DNA of 64,000 nt from Rubripirellula sp. (lineage in GTDB: Bacteria > Planctomycetota > Planctomycetia > Pirellulales > Pirellulaceae). The DNA is taken from positions 7,776,001-7,840,000 of the forward strand of contig OZ244207.1 of the NCBI GenBank assembly GCA_965216875.1, in the 5' to 3' direction. The translations under genes and the position numbers were made by a program. The notes under the pieces are model-generated. The model ran no database searches, was not told the DNA's origin, and worked only from the letters and a program-made list of their open reading frames with translations. Positions 9,548 to 17,700 of this stretch are shown here, piece after piece. Each line of letters starts with the position of its first letter. Positions within the stretch are counted from its first letter, which is position 1.

Positions 9548-9586
9548 CACAAAAAGTACATAAAGCTCTCAGGGAGCGAAACTGTC
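9548..9586. repeat. 39-bp direct repeat, copy B
   Basis: CACAAAAAGTACATAAAGCTCTCAGGGAGCGAAACTGTC; 996 bp from copy A. Confidence 0.8.
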
Positions 9587-9733
9587 TTCGCCCAGTGTTT
9601 CGAATGCCGATCCTGACCGCACCTTGGAACGGTGCGATGGATCTGTACAGAACTTGAAGTCTGGTGAGGATGGGCCAAAATGCGCTTTCGGTAAGTGAGT
9701 TCGGTACGGCCACTTTTCGCGGGGGCATCGGGC

Positions 9734-10807
9734 ATGCAGAGCAAGGTGTATTTGGGGCATTTGTCCGATCTGCACATCGGCGGGAATGCGTATAAGAATC
9801 GGATCCACACGAGCAATTGGTGGGTCGTCAAACATTTGCAGAGCGACAATCCACACGACGACGACCTCGCCAGTGCACTGAGCGACGTTTGGTCAGGCCC
9901 TCGGAGCATTCGGAATCGTTTCAAGATCCCCCGAGAGGTAGCCATACCAGTTGCGATCAGCGGCGATCTGACACGCCGAGGATCCAACAGCGATTTTGAA
10001 CTTGCCAAACAATATGTCGAAGCGGCATGGCTCACTCCCCAAGGCCAGATTCGTGGATCGGGCTTGCGATTGGGACGCATTGAGTCGGGCAACTACATCG
10101 CGATACCAGGTAACCATGACCAATGGGACGGTCGGCCTTATTGGTTCGCCCCCGTCGCATTCCACCCCTTTCCTTTTCGTAGGTGGTTTCCGCAAGACAA
10201 CGCGCGGCCAATGGTGATGCAATCGCCGGATAGAACTCTGGTTGTAGAAGTTTATTCTGTCGATTCAAACTCGGGCCACATCGGCAAGGTGTTCCGTCCA
10301 GTTCAAGGCGGCAGTATCTCTCGACACGAATTCGCAAGGCTACGTCGCAGTTTCGATCGGTCCTCAACGAGGAAGGAGCAAAAACGAGTGAGGGTCATTT
10401 TGTGCCATCACGGATTTGATAGTTTGCAGAAGACCCCAGGACCACTCGACGCTAGCTCTCGCGAAACGTTAATTGAACTGGCGGCTGAAAAAGAGGTGGC
10501 CGTCATTCTCACCGGGCACACTCATTATGCAGATTGGAAAAAGTACGCATCCAAAGACGGAACAGACGTGTGGGAGATTCGCGCGTCAACGCCGCTGCAA
10601 GCACCAAAGAAACCACCGCCCAAAAGTGTCCCGTCAGCACCAAGGCCTCAACAAGTTGGTGCGGTGACGCGATCACACAGCTTTTGGGTGCATGAAATCG
10701 CCAAGCTTGATCACGATAGTGCCGTGTGGCGAGCTCACATGTTTCAGTGGGGAGTAACCGGTCCCGCATTCGACAACTTTCCGCCTATCCGAATCAGAAC
10801 GCTTTGA
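9734..10807 (+). CDS. Calcineurin-like metallophosphoesterase
   Basis: All five motifs present: SDLH, SGDLT, PGNHD, CHH, GHTH. Confidence 0.88.
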   Translation: MQSKVYLGHLSDLHIGGNAYKNRIHTSNWWVVKHLQSDNPHDDDLASALSDVWSGPRSIRNRFKIPREVAIPVAISGDLTRRGSNSDFELAKQYVEAAWLTPQGQIRGSGLRLGRIESGNYIAIPGNHDQWDGRPYWFAPVAFHPFPFRRWFPQDNARPMVMQSPDRTLVVEVYSVDSNSGHIGKVFRPVQGGSISRHEFARLRRSFDRSSTRKEQKRVRVILCHHGFDSLQKTPGPLDASSRETLIELAAEKEVAVILTGHTHYADWKKYASKDGTDVWEIRASTPLQAPKKPPPKSVPSAPRPQQVGAVTRSHSFWVHEIAKLDHDSAVWRAHMFQWGVTGPAFDNFPPIRIRTL

Positions 10808-10821
10808 ACTCCCACGTACGC

Positions 10822-11838
10822 TCAAGCAAAAACCTTGGCTGGCAGTTTTATCGGATTCGAAACTGGCTCAGGTGCAGCGCCGACAAGCGTTAGAAAAACA
10901 CGCACTTCGGTTTCGTCGCGGTTGGTCATCGACCGTATCAAGTCGACGAGCCGTTCCGTTCCATGGACTGTCGACTTGTCTTTCCTTGTCATGAGGGCAA
11001 TTTCGTCTGAGTTGATTGCATAGCAAATCGCATTGTCCAACGCGTCAGCGAGTTTCGGGTAGTCTCTCCAAAGCACAAGCTCGGGCTCGATTGGAAGGGT
11101 TCTTACCCTTTCGAGTTCTTCGCTCGAGGGTTTGGTCGGGATTCTTAGCGGAGCAGGTACGTGTAACTTCCATGTCAACACTGTCATGTGTTCATTCGAC
11201 GTGTCGGCATCAAACTGCAAAGGTGGGATGGCGAGTCTGCCAGCGCGTAGGTCGTCCGCCAAAAACTGAGCAACTTCGTTTGCATTGTGTTCGTTCAAAT
11301 CTCCGACAAACGAAGCGACGGCCGCCGCGATCGGAATAAATGCGTAATCGCTCTCATCCCCGGCACTCCATGAGATTCGACCAGGTTGATTTGAATGACC
11401 GTCGTTCCAGGAGATTCGAAGCCGTCCTTCTCCAGACGCTTCGACTTCAGGTGACGCCGTATTGATTAAGTTGCTCGCCATTCCGGCAAGCAACCGTTCA
11501 AGGAATTCGAGTTCGGATTCCTCACTTCCGAACTTTACGGAGACATTGCTTTGACTTAATCGCTTCGACAGTGCGCGCACGTTCGCCTCAAGACGTTCCT
11601 GAGTCGAGGCGGTTTTGTTTGCCCAAGCGAGTTGAGTGAGAAGCGTTTCTTTTCGTTCCTGATCGAGCTCACCTTTGTCTATAGCTTGGTTCCAGAGGCG
11701 CAACACAATCTCTTTTTGGGAAAACGTTTCGAATCCTTCGGAAGCGACAGATGCGATCGCATCCATCGCATTTGAGAGTTCCGAAGCGTGTTGACTCAAC
11801 ACTTCGAATGCATCGGGTTGCGTGACCGAACTTGACAT
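10822..11838 (-). CDS. Hypothetical soluble protein coupled to an ECF sigma factor (possible anti-sigma or partner)
   Basis: 338 aa, acidic, no transmembrane or signal segment; TAATG overlap with the sigma gene stop at 11838. Confidence 0.7.
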   Translation of the reverse strand: MSSSVTQPDAFEVLSQHASELSNAMDAIASVASEGFETFSQKEIVLRLWNQAIDKGELDQERKETLLTQLAWANKTASTQERLEANVRALSKRLSQSNVSVKFGSEESELEFLERLLAGMASNLINTASPEVEASGEGRLRISWNDGHSNQPGRISWSAGDESDYAFIPIAAAVASFVGDLNEHNANEVAQFLADDLRAGRLAIPPLQFDADTSNEHMTVLTWKLHVPAPLRIPTKPSSEELERVRTLPIEPELVLWRDYPKLADALDNAICYAINSDEIALMTRKDKSTVHGTERLVDLIRSMTNRDETEVRVFLTLVGAAPEPVSNPIKLPAKVFA

Positions 11839-12374
11839 TATCTTTCACCCTCTTCCAACAGTTGCTCGATCCTTCGAATGAGCCTTAGTTTTCGTACTCG
11901 CACCGCACCAGCCGACTTGCCCAGCAACTCGGCTGCGTCTTTTGCCCAATGATCAGAGCCCTCTTTCTCTGCGAAGACGCGCAGGATAAGTCGGTCTTCT
12001 TCGGAGAGGCTCTGCAAATAATTGTTCACGATCTCGGTCTGCTCATCCGTTAACCGAACTCCCGCTAGGGGAGCTTCAGCCGGCGGGTTCGCATTGTTCG
12101 TTCGCCGCTCGCGAATGAGGTCAATCGCGACGTTTCGAACGATGATGTAAAACCAAGTTGAAAGTGCCGAGAGCTCAGGGTTGAATCGATGGCGGTTCAG
12201 CCAGAGTCGCTCCAATCCAATCGAGATCGCATCTTCGATGTCCTCGTTGCTCAGGCTTGAACCGAATCGCTGCTTCAGTTTGCTTTGGGTTTGTGGACCC
12301 AAGCTGCTTCGGATCATTGCGAGGCATTGTTGGTCTCCATCTACTAACCGCTGAGCTAATTCGTTCTTTTCCAT
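11838..12374 (-). CDS. ECF-type sigma-70 RNA polymerase sigma factor
   Basis: Region 2 DIEDAI...LW...F...LSTWFYIIVRNVAIDLIR and region 4 LSEEDRLIL...AAELLGKSAGAVRVRKLR; ATG 12374. Confidence 0.88.
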   Translation of the reverse strand: MEKNELAQRLVDGDQQCLAMIRSSLGPQTQSKLKQRFGSSLSNEDIEDAISIGLERLWLNRHRFNPELSALSTWFYIIVRNVAIDLIRERRTNNANPPAEAPLAGVRLTDEQTEIVNNYLQSLSEEDRLILRVFAEKEGSDHWAKDAAELLGKSAGAVRVRKLRLIRRIEQLLEEGER

Positions 12375-12668
12375 GAAGCCACCAAACATGCTGAGCATGC
12401 TCTCTACCCCGTTATACGAGTCGCCGTTACAACTCTCGGACAACGGCATGGGGGTTGGTGTAAGTTGTTTTGCAGCAACAGGTTACGCCCTGGTTGCCTG
12501 GCGTGTTTTTAAGATGTCTCGATTGCATCCCCACAGTTTATCAGCCAGCGATGGTGCGTTTGCGTTGCAAACAACTCCGTCGGGTTCGCTGCTGCGAAGC
12601 ATCGCTTGGGCACTCTAGACTAAAACAGTGACCATTCCATCCCGCCCCAATTTCTGTTGAATTTCACG

Positions 12669-13112
12669 ATGAACACGCTGCGTCCGCTCGGTCTGTCCCT
12701 TTTCGCTACGTTGTCTTTGGTAGCTGGTAGCACAGTGCACGCCGACGACCTCGAACTGTTTCAGGGGAAATGGGAGATGCGGGGGACCAGTGGCGACAGA
12801 CCTGTACGTGTGCTGAAAACCATCGAGGGCAAGAAAGAAACGGTTGAGCTCTACGTCGACGGCAAGCTTCAGCAGCGGCATCACGTCGACATCGAACTGA
12901 AGTCCTTCGGTCCGGCCAAAGTTTTCCAGTGGAAGAATGGACGCATCACAGCAGGGCCTCGCGCTGGCCAAAAACTGGGTGACGGACGCTTCCTCTACAA
13001 AATCGATGGCAAGAAATTGATCGGCATTCATGGAATGCTCGACGGTGACAAGCAAGATGTGCTCCGAGAAGTCTACATTCGCATCAGCGATCCGCCCCGC
13101 AATGCAACGTAG
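12669..13112 (+). CDS. Secreted hypothetical protein (TIGR03067-like start)
   Basis: Signal peptide ending VHA, then DDLELFQGKWE; beta-rich. Confidence 0.7.
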   Translation: MNTLRPLGLSLFATLSLVAGSTVHADDLELFQGKWEMRGTSGDRPVRVLKTIEGKKETVELYVDGKLQQRHHVDIELKSFGPAKVFQWKNGRITAGPRAGQKLGDGRFLYKIDGKKLIGIHGMLDGDKQDVLREVYIRISDPPRNAT

Positions 13113-13172
13113 TGAACTCAATGCAAGGTTCCTCGTTTTCTATCATGATTGACCACTTGGTGTCGTAGTCGA

Positions 13173-13577
13173 ATGACCGAGAAAAAAGAAAACTCGACGA
13201 TCGAGTTGCTTGCGATCACGTTGTGTCTGACCGTTTGCTTGGTCGGTTTTTCCGTTCGCTGGTCAAGAGTCACGTGGGTGGATGGTTCCCCTTGGGTTTT
13301 TGTTCCGCTGCTGCTTGCGACGTTTTACGCGGCGTCACGTTGGAGTGGCTTCGATATCTTGCCGCTGCTTGAAAAGCGGTTTGGCAAAACAAAGTTGCGA
13401 TTGTTCGTTCTTGCCGCAATGTGTGTTGTTCTTCTCGCAGTAATGGAACCATTAGCACTGTTTGTCATTCCTCTTTTTGCATTGATCGCCTGGTGGTTCT
13501 ACCGACAATTCGCGCGGGCCGAAGAGATTACCGAAGCCCAGCGAGTGGAGCGGCGCAAGAGTCGCGAAGGCAAATAG
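13173..13577 (+). CDS. Hypothetical membrane protein (about 4 TM)
   Basis: Four hydrophobic stretches and a charged tail. Confidence 0.65.
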   Translation: MTEKKENSTIELLAITLCLTVCLVGFSVRWSRVTWVDGSPWVFVPLLLATFYAASRWSGFDILPLLEKRFGKTKLRLFVLAAMCVVLLAVMEPLALFVIPLFALIAWWFYRQFARAEEITEAQRVERRKSREGK

Positions 13578-13588
13578 CGGTCGGAACG

Positions 13589-13813
13589 ATGTACTACGGA
13601 ACAAACGAATCCGATTTGGTTCAGCCGACCGCAGAAGAGCGAGAGATGATCTCTGCTGCAAAGTCACGGCTCGAGAAGCAACGGGCTTCGCATGTGAGCC
13701 AAGCTCCCGCGGAGACGACGTTTTCTCTGGTGGGTCTGTTGATGGCTGTGGGCGTGTTCGCAGCGATTGCGGTCCCTTTTGCAATCCTGGTCTGGTTCGT
13801 ACTGGCGATATAG
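13589..13813 (+). CDS. Small hypothetical protein with C-terminal membrane anchor
   Basis: MYYGTNESDL...FSLVGLLMAVGVFAAIAVPFAILVWFVLAI; starts 11 bp after the previous stop. Confidence 0.55.
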   Translation: MYYGTNESDLVQPTAEEREMISAAKSRLEKQRASHVSQAPAETTFSLVGLLMAVGVFAAIAVPFAILVWFVLAI

Positions 13814-13892
13814 TGCTTTTTAACTTGAGCCTGCAGACGTAGTGTCTTAGGATGGGGTTTTCGGTTTCCGGCTCCATTTCGAAGTCACCAAG

Positions 13893-14738
13893 ATGATGGA
13901 CGGCACGAAGATGATGGGCACGATGATGACGGGCACGACGATGCACGGCGCGAGCGTGCGCTTTGTTGGTGTTTTGCTCACGCAGTTTGTCTTCTTTCCT
14001 GCGGTCCATTCGGTGATCGCTCAGGAGTCGGACAACACGGATCGGATGTCGATCATGCGCGACGCGATCGAGAAGATCGAAGTTGAATCGGCGAGCGCCA
14101 CGGTCGCAAAAACGTTTCGTGGGGAGCCGATTCTTCGCTTCGGCGATGCGACCCGCAAGACGTCCGACGGCGCGATCTGGAAACTGGGCAAGCACCGTCC
14201 AGACGCGATCGTTGCGATGGAGTTCACTAGCCATGACGGCCGACCACAGATCAACTACGAATTCCTTCGGCTGAGCGATGAGCCGTTTGTGATGCGTGTG
14301 CGACCCGGTTGGGTTTGGCAGCCCTTGGATCGAGCTGCCGAATTCAAACGATTGCCAAGTGCACCGACACCGGCAACCTCGATCGTGCTACGTACTCGGC
14401 AAATCAAGCAGCTCGCCAAAAAGTTTGCGGCAACCGAACTTCTTGACGGCGAGGACTTTCATTTGCGACTGATGCCGAAACCGATTGATCAGTACTACTT
14501 GGACGAATCAAAAACAGAATTGGGCGCTGTCTTTGCTTTCGCAAACGGCACCAACCCTGAAGTGTTGCTTATGCTCGAGTCGTCAGGTGACGGTTGGGTC
14601 TATGCGCTGGCACGAATGTGCGGTGCGTCCCCATCGGTGACCTATGACGGTTCGCTGGTTTGGCAATTGCCATCGATGAGCGAGATCAATGTGACGTGGC
14701 AACTCGGATACACCGGCGAAGCTCACCCGATCGATTGA
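13893..14738 (+). CDS. Planctomycete secreted hypothetical protein
   Basis: Signal-like region, DGAIWKLG..RP.A, LRLMPKPI..Y, FAFANGTNPEVLLMLE; start ambiguous because of tandem ATG repeats. Confidence 0.75.
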   Translation: MMDGTKMMGTMMTGTTMHGASVRFVGVLLTQFVFFPAVHSVIAQESDNTDRMSIMRDAIEKIEVESASATVAKTFRGEPILRFGDATRKTSDGAIWKLGKHRPDAIVAMEFTSHDGRPQINYEFLRLSDEPFVMRVRPGWVWQPLDRAAEFKRLPSAPTPATSIVLRTRQIKQLAKKFAATELLDGEDFHLRLMPKPIDQYYLDESKTELGAVFAFANGTNPEVLLMLESSGDGWVYALARMCGASPSVTYDGSLVWQLPSMSEINVTWQLGYTGEAHPID

Positions 14739-14754
14739 TTCGAATCGTGTCGCA

Positions 14755-17700
14755 TCATCCCGCATTCGGCGGATCGCCTTGGTTGGATTCGAAGGCCGAC
14801 TCAACTTTCTGATAGCTCTCCAACATGGCATCGAGCTGTGTCTTGAGTCCGTTGAGATCGCGGCCGTTCTCGAGCGACTCGTCGAGGATCGGGCGGAGCC
14901 ATTCCTGCATGAGATGGAATTGTCCCTTGACCAAATCCGCAAGCACACGAGGCACTTTGTGTTGGACAAAGACTTTTTGGTCTGGCGGCGCGAGTGCTTG
15001 TTGCTCGGAGATTTTTTCGAGTTGTCGCGATGTCGCTTGCAGGGTTTCGGCGAGTTGCGATCCAGAGGCCGAAAGTGTGTGGCGGAGCGAATCAATGCGC
15101 TCGTCCATGCGCGTCTCCGCACCATCGCCACTTGAGGCGATCGCCCGCGAGATCACAGCTCGGATCGATTCCAGTCCATCCCGCATCGAGGCGAGTTGTC
15201 GCATCAATTGGCCGGCTTGGTCTTCGCTGTCCATTCCGGACATGCGGACGCTTTCGACATAGGCGTACTTGATCGAGTCCCAGCGTTCTTTTTCGTCGCT
15301 CGACAAGATGCCCATGATCTCTTTGAACTTAAGCACGTTGGCTTCGTTGTCCGTGGTCAACGTTTGCGCGTCTTGTTCGTAGCTGCTGACGATCAGTGAT
15401 TGCAGCTCCTGTTCGTTCATCACGCCGGCAACGCGTTCGGCGATGCGGTTCATGTTCCGGTAGCTACCTTGGAGCTTGAATGGCGGTTCGGTTCGGTAGG
15501 CATCCGCCTGAGCCGCACTGCGAATGTAGGCTCGGTTGACTCTTAGCACGACATCACGCACTCGCAAGAGTTTGCGTGTGACTTCGAACATGTCGCGAAC
15601 CTGATCCATCGAAATGTTGCTTTGCATTTCGATGCCTTCCAGCGAATCGCGTTCGGCAGCGCGAATGATCGCGCGAGCGTCTTCGGGTGGAGCGGTTGAG
15701 AGTGGCGCGAGCACTCGGTTGCTGGTCAAACAGTTTTCCAGATAGCTCATTTCGAATGCGTCTGCCGAGTCACCGATGATTTCGCCCAAGTTGTAGACGT
15801 CGGCTCGGTTGGACAACATGTCAGGGATTTGAAAACGTTCGCCACTTTCAGTGTAGGGGTTCCCTGCCATCACGACGGCGACCCGCCGGCCACGCAGGTC
15901 GTATGTTCGCGTGCGGCCATTGCGAACCCCTTCGATCTTTCGCGTCGCATCGCAAAGCGAAATGAATTTCTGCAGAAGCTCGGGGTTGGTGTGCTGGATG
16001 TCGTCTAGGTAAAGCATCACGTTGTCGCCCATCTCGAGCGCCAAGTTCAAACGCTCGATCTCTTCGCGTGCTGCTGCATTGGGAGCTTCGGCCGGATCGA
16101 GCGATGTGACACCATGTCCAATCGCAGGCCCGTTGATTTTCATGAAGACGATGCCCAACCGGTTGGCGACGTATTCCATCAACGTCGTTTTGCCGTAACC
16201 CGGCGGCGAAATCAGTAGCAACAAACCCATGCGGTCCGTTCGCTTGTCTTCGCCCGCCGAGCCCATCTGCTTTGCAAGGTTGTCGCCAATCAGCGGCAAG
16301 TAGACTTCGTCGAGCAATCGGTTGCGAACAAAGCTGGTCAAGACACGTGGCTTGAACTCGTCGAGCCGCATGTCCTCGCGTCCTTCATCGACGATGCGAG
16401 TTTTCGTTTCATGCAGGCTGCGGAAACGCGGGACAACGTCTTCGCGATAACGACGAACGCGGCGCAGTAGTTGGTGATAGTGGACAAGCATCGAACCACT
16501 TTGGATCACACCGTGGCTTCCGGCCAAGCCTTCGATGGACTGGGCAACCTCGGCATCCAACACGTTCATCGTGCTCGGACCGCCCGTCATGACCAACCAA
16601 GCCAATTCGTCCAGATGTTCTTGTGGATTGACGCCAGTCGGCGCGTCGGCGTCGGTCCCCTTGGTGTGGGTCGCAAGAAACGCGTCGGCCCAGTTGCGCG
16701 CAAGGATGAATGCTCGCACGGGATCCGACTCGGTCGTTTTGATGGCGGAGCTGAGGAGCTTTTCACGATCCACTTTGGGAATCGAGTCGCTGAATTCACT
16801 GTGCAGTGCCGCTGCTTTTCCGCTGACGACCGGCTTTTTCGGCGCGTGGGTGAGTTCATCAAACAGATAGGCTGCCATCCGCTGTGGTTTGGTGTCGGCA
16901 GCGAAGAGTGGTCCCCAGCGTTGTTGGTCCGCTTCGGCAAGCTCGGTCAATCGAGCGCGGAATTCTTCGGCGGGCCGCGCCGACGGGTAAGCTTTGGCGA
17001 GCTTGGCGAATCCGCCGATCCAATCGGTCATCGCTTTGCGGTTCTTTGCATCAAGCAGCTTGTAGAACCACAGCAGCGACGCTGTTCGGGTGGTGGGATT
17101 GTGACGCAGCAATCCGATGGAACGATCGATTTCGAGCAGCTTGGTGAGGATCGCGAACGCATCTCGGTCATGGACACCTTTGGCGTATCCTTCGTCAAAG
17201 CGACCGCCCATTGCTTCCTGTACCCAAGCAAGGTCAGGCATGTCGCTGCGATGTTCGGCGTGAAGGCGTTCAAACAGGTCGACCGCCAGGAATTCACCGC
17301 GATAGACGTCGCTATTTTCGCTGACCAATTCTTGGTTCCACAGATCGCGTGCTGCGATCAATTCGTCGTTGACAAGTGGTTCAAAGAACTGAGTGCCGGT
17401 CAGGTGTAAGCAGAGTTCGCCGCCGCGAAGAACGGTCGTGAGGTCAAGGGGTTGAGTGTTGACGGCGAAACGCTGACTGCCCAATCGAATGACGTCGCCG
17501 CCATCTTCGTAAAGGTCTTGGCGATCCTTGAGCTGTCGCGTTGCATCCTCGCGAATCGTCTTCATCCGACTCTGCAGGTCTTCGACACGAACGGCATCGT
17601 CAAGTTCGACGAGCGATTCGATGATGTCGCGAACCTTTTCGACCATCAGGTCGCCAGCAAAATAGGCTGCGATTTCGTCGGTCGATTCCATTTTGCGAAC

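Noticed and set aside
8531..13900. Intact prophage or integrative element at selC
   Set aside because: No integrase, phage or transfer genes and no clear tRNA-end duplication; at most a remnant islet.
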